A stretch of DNA of 64,000 nt, taken from assembly GCA_937892215.1 (NCBI GenBank), contig CALAVE010000041.1, forward strand, positions 7,271 through 71,270, in the 5' to 3' direction. The stretch comes from an uncultured Porphyromonadaceae bacterium. GTDB lineage: Bacteria > Bacteroidota > Bacteroidia > Bacteroidales > Muribaculaceae. Shown here piece after piece: positions 28,674 to 39,017 of this stretch (the first letter of the stretch is position 1; every line of letters begins with the position of its first letter). The position numbers and the translations under genes were made by a program. The notes under the pieces were generated by a model. That model ran no database searches and had not been told where the DNA came from. It saw nothing but the letters and a program-made list of their open reading frames with translations.

Positions 28674-29744
28674 TCACTTCACCTCCTTGACGAGGAATAT
28701 CTCAGTTGGGAAGTGGTCACTGTAACCGTTCAGGAAGATACCAGCCGAATAAGTTCGCAGCGGATATCCCTGGCGGTCACCTTCCTTAGTCTTAAGGAAT
28801 TCACGATTAAGCACCTCAGCACGCAGATAGGTCAGCCCCGGCTTGTCATTGCTGTCGTAGTGACGCAGGAAATACTGGTTGAGCACTATCTGGTCGAAGA
28901 GATTCCACTGTCCGCGGTATGCCAGAGTTCCTATTCCCTTGTCCAGGATTTTCCAGAATGGGTTATACAGGTCGCCAATCTCCTTAACGTCGCTCAGTTC
29001 CTTCTTCGCACCCATAGCCACAGAGCAACTCTTGTTCTGCGGGTCGTCGTTAAGGTCGCCCATGAAGATAATACCCTGGTTCGGGTCATCGGCCAGCAGA
29101 GAGTCCACCGTGTGTCGAAGCATCCTACCGGCAGCCTCACGAAGCCAACTCGATTGTTCCTCACCACCGAGCCTTGAAGGCCAGTGATTAACGAGCACGC
29201 TCACCTTCTCGCCTGCGAGCAATCCGGTCACACACAACTGGTCACGAGTGCGGAACGAGGGATAGTCGATGAAGCGCGAGTCGAGTCGCTGATTAGTTAC
29301 GTTCAGAACCCTGAAGAAACGCGGATTATAGAGCAAACCCACATCCACACCACGGCGGTCAGGTCCATCATGATGCACTATCTGCAGATGCCAATCCTTA
29401 ATTTCAGGTTGCTTTACAAGGTCTTCGAGCACAGAGCGGTTCTCAATCTCGCTCACGCCGATGATGGCCGGGCCTAACGGAGTGTTTTTCGTAGCCATCT
29501 GGCTTATGGCATAGGCCATATTGTGTTCCTTGGACCAGTACTTGGCATTATTCCATTGGCGAGCTCCTTGTGGAGAGAACTCCAGGTCATAAGTGCCATT
29601 GTTGTTAATTGTGTCGAATAAGTTCTCCAAGTTGTAGAACATAACGCCAAAGATCTGATAACGCTTGCCGCCATCGGCCTGCTCGCACTGTGCCAGCGGG
29701 GCGATACATATCCACGAGAGAACGATTAATAAAAGTTTCCTCAT
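28674..29744 (-). CDS. Exported endonuclease/exonuclease/phosphatase (EEP) family protein
   Basis: FYNLENLFD, GVSEIEN, NHWPSR, GDLNDDP, LFDQI and YSDHFP; signal peptide. Confidence 0.92.
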   Translation of the reverse strand: MRKLLLIVLSWICIAPLAQCEQADGGKRYQIFGVMFYNLENLFDTINNNGTYDLEFSPQGARQWNNAKYWSKEHNMAYAISQMATKNTPLGPAIIGVSEIENRSVLEDLVKQPEIKDWHLQIVHHDGPDRRGVDVGLLYNPRFFRVLNVTNQRLDSRFIDYPSFRTRDQLCVTGLLAGEKVSVLVNHWPSRLGGEEQSSWLREAAGRMLRHTVDSLLADDPNQGIIFMGDLNDDPQNKSCSVAMGAKKELSDVKEIGDLYNPFWKILDKGIGTLAYRGQWNLFDQIVLNQYFLRHYDSNDKPGLTYLRAEVLNREFLKTKEGDRQGYPLRTYSAGIFLNGYSDHFPTEIFLVKEVK

Positions 29745-30150
29745 CTTGATTTTTTGTTAGAAGATTAATTTTTTCCAAAAGTAATGATTTTTCTTCAATT
29801 ATCCACCCTTTTTCCGAAAAAAATGCGTATAACTGATTGTAAAAAACATTTCTTCCGACTTACGCTTACATTTTTGGGTTAAGAGCAAAACGGCGTTTTG
29901 GTTTACGTCATAACCGATATAACAGATTGGGGGGATAACTTCACAACTGCTCGATGTAATTTAAAAATCATCGCAAGTTAATTCAGGTGTGTTCTATAAA
30001 TTAATAAAAGTAACAATGTTTTCTTAATAAATCATTCTGCGGGAAAAAATTGCACACCGCCGAAGAAAAAGTGCGAAGCGAAAAAACATTTGGTATTATC
30101 GTTAATAAAGAGTATTTTTGTGGTTCAAAGCATACTAGACTTTAACATTA

Positions 30151-31977
30151 ATGAAAGGTTTTTTCAAAATACTCACACGGTGGGTTCCGCCATACAAGAA
30201 ATATCTTGCGCTGAATGTATTCTTCAACATACTGGCGGCATTTCTCACCCTTTTCTCTTTTGCCCTGATTATTCCCATTCTGGAAATGCTGTTCGGGCTC
30301 AACACGCAGACCTATACCTTCATGCCGCTTGGCTCTGCCGGGGTGAAAGAGGTGGTGGTGAACGACTTCTACTACTACGTGCAGTGCATAATAGAGCGCT
30401 ATGGGCAGTCGATGGCACTGGCGGCGATAGCCTTGGCGCTGGTGATAATGACCGGGCTCAAGACCGGCAGTGCCTACATGAGCGCGTTTTTCATGATTCC
30501 CATTCGCACCGGCGTGGTCCGCGACCTGCGACGTGAGATTTATGCCAAGACCGTGTCGCTCCCCATGGGCTTCTTCTCAAATGAGCACAAGGGCGACATA
30601 ATGGCGCGCATGAGCGGAGACGTGACCGAGGTGGAGAACTCCATCATGTCGTCGCTCGACATGATGTTCAAGAACCCCATCATGATAGTGGTGTGCCTCA
30701 CCATGATGATTATAGTGAGCTGGCAACTGACGCTTTTCGTCCTGATTCTGCTTCCAATTGCCGGCCTTATCATGGGCGGTGTGGGCAGGCGCCTGAAGCG
30801 CACTTCACTGCACATGCAGAACCAGTGGGGCGTGCTGCTGTCGAACATTGAGGAGACCATTGGCGGACTGCGCATAATCAAGGCTTTTAACGCCGAGAAA
30901 AAGGTGCAGCGCCGCTTCGACGACGAGAATGACACCTTCCGAGCCATGGCCACCCGCGTGGCCCGCCGCTACGAGTTGGCGCATCCCATGAGCGAGTTTC
31001 TGGGAACAGCCACCATAGCCATAGTGCTATGGTTCGGCGGCACGCTAATCATAGGCGGACACAGTACCATCACAGCCCCTTCGTTCATCTACTATATGGT
31101 GATTTTCTACAGCATCATCAATCCCGCCAAAGATTTCTCCAAGGCCTCATACGCCATCCAGCGCGGACTGGCGTCGATGCAGCGCATCGACAAGATACTC
31201 ACCGCCGAGAATCACATAAAAGACCCCGAGAATCCGGTTAGCATCAGCGAAATCAAGGAAGGAATCAAATACAACGGTGTTCGCTTCCGCTATGCCGACA
31301 AGTGGATTATCAACGATGTCTCATTCACCATAGCACAAGGGAGCACCGTGGCACTCGTGGGACAGTCTGGCTCGGGCAAGACCACCCTGGCCGACCTGCT
31401 TCCGCGCTTCTACGACATTGAGGAGGGTTCTATCACCATAGACGGCACCGATATCCGCAAATTCCGCGTTCACGACTTGCGTGCACTCATGGGCAACGTG
31501 AATCAGGAAGCCATACTGTTCAACGATTCGTTCTACAACAACATCACCTTCGGGGTGGAGAACGCCACGCGCGAGCAGGTGGAAGAGGCGGCTCGCATCG
31601 CTAATGCCTACGACTTCATAATGGAATCGGAGCAGGGGTTTGACACCCGCATCGGGGACCGCGGCTGCAACCTGTCGGGCGGTCAGCGCCAGCGCATCAG
31701 CATAGCCAGAGCCATTCTGAAAAATCCGCCAATCCTCATACTGGACGAAGCCACCAGCGCACTGGACACCGAGAGTGAGCATCTGGTTCAGGAAGCGCTG
31801 GACAAGCTCATGCACGGGCGCACCACGCTCGTAATAGCCCACCGCCTGTCCACCATTAAGAATGCCGACCTTATTTGCGTGATTCAGGACGGCAAGATTG
31901 TGGAGCGCGGCAATCATGAGACGCTGATGGCACACAACGGCGAGTACAAGCATCTGGTGGATATGCAGACGTTCTGA
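30151..31977 (+). CDS. ABC exporter, fused TMD-NBD (MsbA-like)
   Basis: TM domain plus GQSGSGKT, LSGGQRQR, LDEATSALD and IAHRLST. Confidence 0.93.
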   Translation: MKGFFKILTRWVPPYKKYLALNVFFNILAAFLTLFSFALIIPILEMLFGLNTQTYTFMPLGSAGVKEVVVNDFYYYVQCIIERYGQSMALAAIALALVIMTGLKTGSAYMSAFFMIPIRTGVVRDLRREIYAKTVSLPMGFFSNEHKGDIMARMSGDVTEVENSIMSSLDMMFKNPIMIVVCLTMMIIVSWQLTLFVLILLPIAGLIMGGVGRRLKRTSLHMQNQWGVLLSNIEETIGGLRIIKAFNAEKKVQRRFDDENDTFRAMATRVARRYELAHPMSEFLGTATIAIVLWFGGTLIIGGHSTITAPSFIYYMVIFYSIINPAKDFSKASYAIQRGLASMQRIDKILTAENHIKDPENPVSISEIKEGIKYNGVRFRYADKWIINDVSFTIAQGSTVALVGQSGSGKTTLADLLPRFYDIEEGSITIDGTDIRKFRVHDLRALMGNVNQEAILFNDSFYNNITFGVENATREQVEEAARIANAYDFIMESEQGFDTRIGDRGCNLSGGQRQRISIARAILKNPPILILDEATSALDTESEHLVQEALDKLMHGRTTLVIAHRLSTIKNADLICVIQDGKIVERGNHETLMAHNGEYKHLVDMQTF

Positions 31978-32082
31978 TTCGCCACCAGGCAAGGCCTTTT
32001 TAACCGTTTTTAAGTGGTTTTTTTATCCTTTTTCCAACTTAATGCACTATCTTAGCGCATTATTTATAACTGACACTGAACG

Positions 32083-33768
32083 ATGAAACCGAACATCACT
32101 AAAATTGCGGTAACCACAGTTATCGCCCTTTTGTGCGTCCCTGCCACATTATTTTCGCTCAGAGCGGACAACAATGCCGACATTGCGCGCAACCTGGATA
32201 TCTTCAACAGTCTGTACAAAGAACTGAACGCGTTCTATGTTGACTCCATTAACGCCAACACGTCGATAGAGAATGCTATCAACTATATGCTCAACGACAT
32301 AGACCCCTACACCGAGTATATCCCGGCCAAGAATCACGAGGATTTCATGGTGGTGGCCACCGGCGAATACGGAGGCATAGGCTCCTACATCATGGAACGC
32401 CCCGAAGGCGGAGTCTATATCTCCGAGCCATACGAGAACAGCCCTGCCGCCAAAGCCGGGCTGCGCGCAGGAGACCTGATAATGATGATTGACAACGACT
32501 CCACCACGACGTGGCACACGTCGGCGGTGAGCGAGCACCTTAAGGGGCAGGCCAATACCTCGCTCAGGCTACTCATAAAACGTCCTTACGACCCTGACAG
32601 CATCAAGACCGTGAACATCATTCGCGAAAAAATCAAACTCGACCCAGTTCCGTACTACGGCCTTACGCGAAAGTCGCTGGGATACATCAACCTTTCCACA
32701 TTCACTGAGCACTCGGCATCGCAGGTGAAGAGTGCCCTTCTGGAACTCAAGAAGAATCAGGCAGTGACCGCCATAGTGCTGGACCTGCGCGGCAACGGCG
32801 GCGGCCTTGTGGAGAGCGCAGTTCAGATAGTGGGTATGTTCGTACCCAAAGGGACACAGGTGCTTCAGACCAAAGGCCGCACAGAGCAGCAGGTGAAGAC
32901 CTACAAGACCACAGAGGAGCCTATCGACACAAAGATTCCGTTATTCGTGCTCATTGACGGTGGCTCCGCATCTGCGGCCGAGATTACCGCCGGGGCGCTT
33001 CAGGACCTGGACCGAGCCGTAATCATGGGTGACCGCTCGTACGGAAAAGGGCTGGTGCAGACCACGCGCCCACTTCCGTTCGATGCCATGCTCAAGGTTA
33101 CCATAGCCAAGTATTACATCCCCAGCGGCCGACTCATTCAGGAGTTTGACTATTCGCACCGGAATGCCGACGGCACAGCACAGCGCGTGCCCGACAGCCT
33201 GGCCAACGTGTTCCACACCGTAAACGGGCGCGAAGTGCGCGACGGTGGAGGCATCACCCCCGACGTGAAAATCAATTACCCCGAACTGAACAGGCTGGTT
33301 TACAACATTGTGCGCGACAACTGGGCCTTTGATTTCGCCACCAAGTTCGCGGCTGAGAATCCCACAATTCCCTCGCTGGAAGAATTTGCCATCACCGACT
33401 CCATTTTCAACGACTTCAAGCGATTTATCAATCCCGACAAGTTCAAGTACGACCGCGTGTGCGAGCAGGGGCTGGACAACCTCAGGCAGATAGCCAAGGC
33501 CGAAGGGTACCTCAACGACTCCACCAAGCAGGCATTCGACCACCTGGCCACGCTACTGAAGCACGACTTGCAGAACGACCTGACCAAGAATCGCAAAGAA
33601 ATCAGTAAAATTCTGGCGAGTGAGATAGTGAAGCGCTACTACTACCAGCGAGGCGAAATCATCCAGCAAATCAAGGATGACGAGACACTGGACCGCGCCT
33701 ACATCATCTCGGTTCAGCCGCGTGAATACGAGCGTATTCTTGGCATCACCACCAAAAAGAAAAAATAA
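32083..33768 (+). CDS. C-terminal processing peptidase (S41A, PDZ)
   Basis: DPYT, YGGIG, SPAAKAGL, LDLRGNGGG, SASAAEI and GKGLVQ. Confidence 0.95.
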   Translation: MKPNITKIAVTTVIALLCVPATLFSLRADNNADIARNLDIFNSLYKELNAFYVDSINANTSIENAINYMLNDIDPYTEYIPAKNHEDFMVVATGEYGGIGSYIMERPEGGVYISEPYENSPAAKAGLRAGDLIMMIDNDSTTTWHTSAVSEHLKGQANTSLRLLIKRPYDPDSIKTVNIIREKIKLDPVPYYGLTRKSLGYINLSTFTEHSASQVKSALLELKKNQAVTAIVLDLRGNGGGLVESAVQIVGMFVPKGTQVLQTKGRTEQQVKTYKTTEEPIDTKIPLFVLIDGGSASAAEITAGALQDLDRAVIMGDRSYGKGLVQTTRPLPFDAMLKVTIAKYYIPSGRLIQEFDYSHRNADGTAQRVPDSLANVFHTVNGREVRDGGGITPDVKINYPELNRLVYNIVRDNWAFDFATKFAAENPTIPSLEEFAITDSIFNDFKRFINPDKFKYDRVCEQGLDNLRQIAKAEGYLNDSTKQAFDHLATLLKHDLQNDLTKNRKEISKILASEIVKRYYYQRGEIIQQIKDDETLDRAYIISVQPREYERILGITTKKKK

Positions 33769-33810
33769 TCACTTACACTATCAGTTCGCATCCCAGCCAC
33801 ACTCTCATAG

Positions 33811-36800
33811 ATGGAAATTTCTCAACTGTGCGATATAATCTGCGACAGCCAACGCATTGGCTCCATAAGCAAAGCGCTGCAAAGCAAGCGCACCCGAAAC
33901 ATACTCATACAGGGGCTGGCCGGCTCGGCACCGGCAATGCTTTTCTCGCGCCTGCCGGCACTGTCGTCGCCATATCTTATTATAGCCGGCGACATGGACG
34001 AGGCCGGTTACATCTATAACGACCTGTGCCAGATTGCCGGGGAAAACGCAACACTCATTTTCCCGTCGGGCTACAAGCGCGACATTAAGTACGGACAGGC
34101 GGATGCGCCGCAGCAGATACTGCGCACCGAGGTGCTTAACCGATGGGGCAACGACCCTGCTCTGCGGTGGGTAGTGGCCTGTCCCGAGGCACTTGCCGAA
34201 AAAGTGGCTACGCGTGAGAGCGTGAGCCGCAACACCGTGGCGCTTACGGTGGGCAACACATTCGACCTCACAGAACTGAAAACGCGACTCAGAGAACTGG
34301 GATTCAACGAAGTGGACTATGTATATGAGCCCGGGCAGTTCTCAGTGCGCGGTTCCATTCTGGACGTATTCTCGTTCAGCAACGAATTGCCCTACCGCAT
34401 AGATTTCTTCGGCGACGAGATTGATTCCATCCGCACATTCAACGTTGAGACCCAGTTATCGATAGAGAAACTGCCGTCGGTTAGCATCCTGAATGCCGGA
34501 AATCCGCAGGACGGGGGCGACTCAGGCATTTCCTTGCTGGAATATGTAAGCAGCGATACCGTAATCATCTGCCGTGACCTGGAGTGGGTATGCGCCCGCG
34601 TGGCGCAGATAGGACAGGAATCCATCTCGCAAAGCGCAATCGTGGCCGGAGAGGCCGACTTTAACGCGCTGAGCAACGTGGTGGATGGCATGCGATTCTC
34701 GCTGACAGCACATTCATTCCGCCGCATCACCTACAGTATGGGCGAAAGTGCCGAAAAGGCCGATGCTGTCATCACCCTCCACTGCGTGCCGCAGGGAATC
34801 TATCACAAGAACTTCGACCTTATATCCGAATCATTCACCCACTTTCAGGAGCAGAAATACAAACTTTTCATCCTCAGCGACAGTCCCAAGCAGATAGAGC
34901 GACTACGTGTAATCTTCGCCGACCGAGGCGACGACATCGCCTTCACCGAGGTGAACCGCACCATCCACGAAGGATTCGTGGACGACGACAACCGGATATG
35001 CGTCTTCACCGACCACCAGATTTTCGACCGTTTCCACAAGTATTCGCTCAAGAGCGACCGCGCCCGCTCAGGCAAATTGGCCCTCTCGCTCAAGGAACTC
35101 AACCAGATTGAAGTGGGCGACTACATCGTGCACGAAGACCACGGCATAGGCAAATTCGGCGGGCTGGTACGGACAGCCATTAACGGCACCATGCAGGAGA
35201 TGATAAAACTCACCTACCTCAACGGCGACATCATCTTCGTCTCCATCCACGCCCTGCACAAACTGGCCAAATATCGCGGCAAGGAAGGCGCTGAGCCCAG
35301 GCTCAACAAACTGGGCTCTGGTGCGTGGGGCAAACTCAAGAACCGCACCAAGAGCCGTCTGAAGGACATAGCGCGCGACCTGATAAAACTCTACGCAAAA
35401 CGCAACGGAGAACAAGGCTTCGCTTTCTCTCCCGACGGCTATCTCCAACAGGAACTGGAGGCGTCGTTTATCTACGAAGACACCCCCGACCAACTGAAAG
35501 CCACGCAGGCCGTGAAAGCCGACATGGAACGCAGCAAGCCCATGGACCGGCTCATCTGCGGCGACGTGGGCTTCGGGAAGACCGAAATAGCAATCAGAGC
35601 CGCTTTTAAGGCCGCAACCGACGGCAAGCAGACAGCAGTGCTGGTTCCCACCACCGTGCTCGCCTTCCAGCACTACAACACCTTCAGCGAGCGGCTGGCC
35701 GACTTCCCTGTCAGAGTGGAATACCTGAGCCGCGCCCGTAAGCCCAAAGAGATCAAGAAGATTCTTGCCGACCTGGAGAAAGGCGAAATAGACATCATCA
35801 TAGGGACGCACAAACTCATAGGTAAAACGGTGAAATTCCACGACTTGGGGCTGCTCGTCATAGATGAGGAGCAGAAATTCGGCGTGGCAGTGAAGGAGAA
35901 ACTCAAGCAACTCAAGGTGAACGTGGACACGCTCACCATGTCGGCCACCCCAATCCCACGCACACTGCAGTTCTCACTCATGGGCGCACGCGACCTTAGT
36001 GCCATCAACACCCCACCGGCCAACCGCTACCCCATCCTCACGTCGCTCAGCGCGCTCGACGACGAAGTGGTTCGCGAGGCAATCAACTTTGAATTGTCGC
36101 GAAATGGGCAGGTGTTCTTCGTGAACAACCGCATAGACCAACTGCCGGCACTGGAGAACATGATTCGCCGCGTTGTGCCCGACGCACGGCTTGTGGTGGC
36201 GCACGGACAACTTCCGCCGGAGGAACTGGAACAGCGCATCATCAGTTTCTCCAACCACGACTACGACGTGCTGCTTTCCACCACCATCATAGAGAGCGGC
36301 GTGGATATGCCCAACGTCAACACCATGATTATCAACAACGCGCAGAACTACGGTCTGAGCGACCTGCATCAGCTCCGCGGGCGAGTGGGACGCAGCAACC
36401 GCAAGGCATTCTGCTATCTGCTGGTTCCGTCGGGCAAACTGCTCACTCCGGTGGCAAGGCGCCGGTTGCAGGCCATTGAAAGTTTCAGCGACCTGGGTAG
36501 CGGCATACACATAGCCATGCAAGATCTGGACATCCGCGGAGCCGGAAACCTCCTGGGCGCGGAGCAGAGCGGATTCATAGCCGACCTGGGTTACGAGACC
36601 TACCAGAAAATCCTGCGCGAAGCGGTGCTGGAACTCAAGACCGAGGAATTTGCCGACACATTTGAGCAGCAAGCCCGGGAAGAAGTGGCCATCACCGGTG
36701 AAGACACGGAATATGTGGCCGACTGCAGCATCGACACCGACCTGGAACTGATGTTCCCTGCCACCTACGTGCCACAAGAGAACGAACGCATATCGCTCTA

Positions 36801-37179
36801 CCGCGAACTCGACAACATGCAGAGTCAGGCCGACGTGGAGGCATTCGAGGTGAGAATGACCGACCGTTTCGGGCAGATACCGCCCATGGCGGCCGAACTC
36901 ATCCGCATAGTTCCGCTACGCCGCACGGCGTGCTCACTTGGCATTGAAAAGATAGTGCTCAAGCAGGGTAATATGTACATCTACTTCGTGGGGGTGGAAA
37001 ATGTGGCCTACTATCAGTCGGCAGCGTTCGGGCGCATCTTGCACTTCCTGCAGAGCAACCCACTGCGGTGCAAGATTCGCGAGCGCAACGGCAAGCGGTC
37101 GTTCCTCATAAGCAACGTGGAAACGGTGTCGCAGGCGCTATCCATCCTGCAGGACATCACACGCCTGTCACCCATCTGA
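33811..37179 (+). CDS. mfd: Transcription-repair coupling factor
   Basis: GQFSVRG, CarD/RID (VHEDHGIG), GDVGFGKTE, DEEQKFG, SATPIPRT, QLRGRVGR and TRCF C-domain. Confidence 0.98.
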   Translation: MEISQLCDIICDSQRIGSISKALQSKRTRNILIQGLAGSAPAMLFSRLPALSSPYLIIAGDMDEAGYIYNDLCQIAGENATLIFPSGYKRDIKYGQADAPQQILRTEVLNRWGNDPALRWVVACPEALAEKVATRESVSRNTVALTVGNTFDLTELKTRLRELGFNEVDYVYEPGQFSVRGSILDVFSFSNELPYRIDFFGDEIDSIRTFNVETQLSIEKLPSVSILNAGNPQDGGDSGISLLEYVSSDTVIICRDLEWVCARVAQIGQESISQSAIVAGEADFNALSNVVDGMRFSLTAHSFRRITYSMGESAEKADAVITLHCVPQGIYHKNFDLISESFTHFQEQKYKLFILSDSPKQIERLRVIFADRGDDIAFTEVNRTIHEGFVDDDNRICVFTDHQIFDRFHKYSLKSDRARSGKLALSLKELNQIEVGDYIVHEDHGIGKFGGLVRTAINGTMQEMIKLTYLNGDIIFVSIHALHKLAKYRGKEGAEPRLNKLGSGAWGKLKNRTKSRLKDIARDLIKLYAKRNGEQGFAFSPDGYLQQELEASFIYEDTPDQLKATQAVKADMERSKPMDRLICGDVGFGKTEIAIRAAFKAATDGKQTAVLVPTTVLAFQHYNTFSERLADFPVRVEYLSRARKPKEIKKILADLEKGEIDIIIGTHKLIGKTVKFHDLGLLVIDEEQKFGVAVKEKLKQLKVNVDTLTMSATPIPRTLQFSLMGARDLSAINTPPANRYPILTSLSALDDEVVREAINFELSRNGQVFFVNNRIDQLPALENMIRRVVPDARLVVAHGQLPPEELEQRIISFSNHDYDVLLSTTIIESGVDMPNVNTMIINNAQNYGLSDLHQLRGRVGRSNRKAFCYLLVPSGKLLTPVARRRLQAIESFSDLGSGIHIAMQDLDIRGAGNLLGAEQSGFIADLGYETYQKILREAVLELKTEEFADTFEQQAREEVAITGEDTEYVADCSIDTDLELMFPATYVPQENERISLYRELDNMQSQADVEAFEVRMTDRFGQIPPMAAELIRIVPLRRTACSLGIEKIVLKQGNMYIYFVGVENVAYYQSAAFGRILHFLQSNPLRCKIRERNGKRSFLISNVETVSQALSILQDITRLSPI

Positions 37180-37713
37180 TTCCTTCCTGAGAATCTGAGC
37201 CAACTCAGCGGCAGTTTCCACTGTTTCCTCGGCGGTCTCAATGCGGGTGGAATCGAATTTCAGTCTGGCCATGGCATAGAAGCCGGTCCTTTGTTCCAGG
37301 CTACGATGCACCATCTGCGCTATTTCCTCATCGGTGAGACCGGCCGTAGCAGGACGTTTCACCCTATGCACGGGCATCTGCAAACGAGAAATGATCCGTT
37401 CCGGCGAGGTCCACAGCCACACCGTAGTCCCCTTTTCGTTCATCAGTTCCATGTTGTCGCTGTGGCATGGAGTGCCGCCGCCGCAGGAAATCACCACATC
37501 GGTCATCCCGGCCACCCGGCGCAGCGCCTCAGTCTCCATCAGCCTGAAACGCGCCTCGCCCACGCGCGCGAACAGTTCATTAATTGTATGCCCGGTCTCG
37601 TTCTCTATAAACTCGTCCAGGTCAAGAAAACGCAGGTGCATCCGCGCGGCCAGTTCACGTCCGAGCGTGGTCTTGCCGCTACACATATATCCGGTGAGAA
37701 AAATCGGTTTCAT
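37168..37713 (-). CDS. aroK: Shikimate kinase
   Basis: GYMCSGKTT, DLD, GE..FR..E, CGGGT and KRP. Confidence 0.93.
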   Translation of the reverse strand: MKPIFLTGYMCSGKTTLGRELAARMHLRFLDLDEFIENETGHTINELFARVGEARFRLMETEALRRVAGMTDVVISCGGGTPCHSDNMELMNEKGTTVWLWTSPERIISRLQMPVHRVKRPATAGLTDEEIAQMVHRSLEQRTGFYAMARLKFDSTRIETAEETVETAAELAQILRKESDG

Positions 37714-37853
37714 CTCTGTTGTATTTATTTGCCAGCGTCACACACTGGTGTGTTCTTTAGGCAAAAGTAATACTTTTCGTCCATTGCCGTGCATATAACC
37801 GCAAAAATTTGTACTTTTGCAAATCATTGTTTCCATAGTTAATATGATTTTAT

Positions 37854-38486
37854 ATGGGTAAGTGGTATGTGGTCTGGGTAGGTACCGAACCCGGAATTTG
37901 CGATTCGTGGGCCGAATGTGAGGAGCGCACCAAGGGCTTCCCTAACGCGCGCTACAAGTCGTTCAGCACCAAGGAGGAAGCCATCGCCGCTTTTCGCGGC
38001 GACGACGAGGATGACCGCGCCGTGATACGCGCCATTGCCGCCGGGCCTAAGCAGAAGGTGAACTACGCGGCCATCCCCGAGATTATTCCGGGCAGCATAG
38101 CCGTTGACGGCGCTTGCAGCGGAAATCCGGGCATCATGGAGTACCGCTGCGTGGACGTGATGACCGGAGAGGAGATCTTCCGTAAGGGACCGTTCCCCGG
38201 AGCCACCAACAACATCGGCGAATTTCTTGCCATTGTCCACGCCCTCGCCATCTACTCCCGCGAGGGCAAGAACAACGTTATCTACACCGACAGCAAGACG
38301 GCTCTGGCGTGGGTGCGCAACCGCCACTGCAAGACCACTCTGGCACGCACCGATGCCAACGAATACATCTTCGGCATAATCGCGCGCGCCGAGAAATGGC
38401 TTCAAACACACACATGGGGGAATCCCATCATCAAGTGGCAGACCGACAAGTGGGGTGAAATTCCTGCCGACTTCGGCCGCAAATAA
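37854..38486 (+). CDS. rnhA: Ribonuclease HI with N-terminal hybrid-binding domain
   Basis: WYVVWVG..PGI..SW..C..GFPNARYKSF; catalytic AVDGAC, NNIGEF, YTDS and PADFG. Confidence 0.92.
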   Translation: MGKWYVVWVGTEPGICDSWAECEERTKGFPNARYKSFSTKEEAIAAFRGDDEDDRAVIRAIAAGPKQKVNYAAIPEIIPGSIAVDGACSGNPGIMEYRCVDVMTGEEIFRKGPFPGATNNIGEFLAIVHALAIYSREGKNNVIYTDSKTALAWVRNRHCKTTLARTDANEYIFGIIARAEKWLQTHTWGNPIIKWQTDKWGEIPADFGRK

Positions 38487-38491
38487 CGCTA

Positions 38492-39010
38492 ATGACACCG
38501 CCAATGGAATACAGAAGCGAAATAGACAAGTGCTACTCTCTGGCAGGCATCGCTCTGGGTCTGATGGTCTTCGACGCCAAGGACTTGCTTAGCTTGGTGG
38601 ACATCGACTCGGAACAGATAGCAATATTCACCCCTCAGTTCTATTTTGAGGGCAACCCACGCATCTCCGCCAAGGACTCATGGCAAGCACGGTACGCCAA
38701 TTTCCAGATAAAAATGGGACTTGCCATCGCCAGCACCATGAGCCGCAAAATGATTCTCGACCACGGCGAAGTGGACAAGAAACTCCGACGGAGACTGCTC
38801 GATGCCATGCTAATCGAAGGGAACGCCTGCTGCCAACTCGACGAGGATGAGGTGGAGCCGCTGTTCGACCGCGAGTTTGCACATCTGGTCAACTTCTTCT
38901 CGCGCGGAAATGTGAGGAAGGTCGCCGCACAGATTGCTCAGACCATCCAACAGCGACGCACCATTTCCGGCGGTGAAATTTGCGATATGCTTGCCAACCT
39001 GGACTTTTAG
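38492..39010 (+). CDS. Hypothetical protein
   Basis: 172-aa ORF closely packed between rnhA and the GT4 gene on the same strand; no motif recognised. Confidence 0.7.
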   Translation: MTPPMEYRSEIDKCYSLAGIALGLMVFDAKDLLSLVDIDSEQIAIFTPQFYFEGNPRISAKDSWQARYANFQIKMGLAIASTMSRKMILDHGEVDKKLRRRLLDAMLIEGNACCQLDEDEVEPLFDREFAHLVNFFSRGNVRKVAAQIAQTIQQRRTISGGEICDMLANLDF

Positions 39011-39017
39011 CACCGTT

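Noticed and set aside
28470..29177. 235-aa + strand ORF downstream of the operon
   Set aside because: Starts upstream of the promoter box and mostly overlaps the EEP gene antisense; not counted as a seventh operon gene
29745..30150. 400-nt AT-rich intergenic region
   Set aside because: Explained by divergent promoters; no convincing RNA structure or ORF
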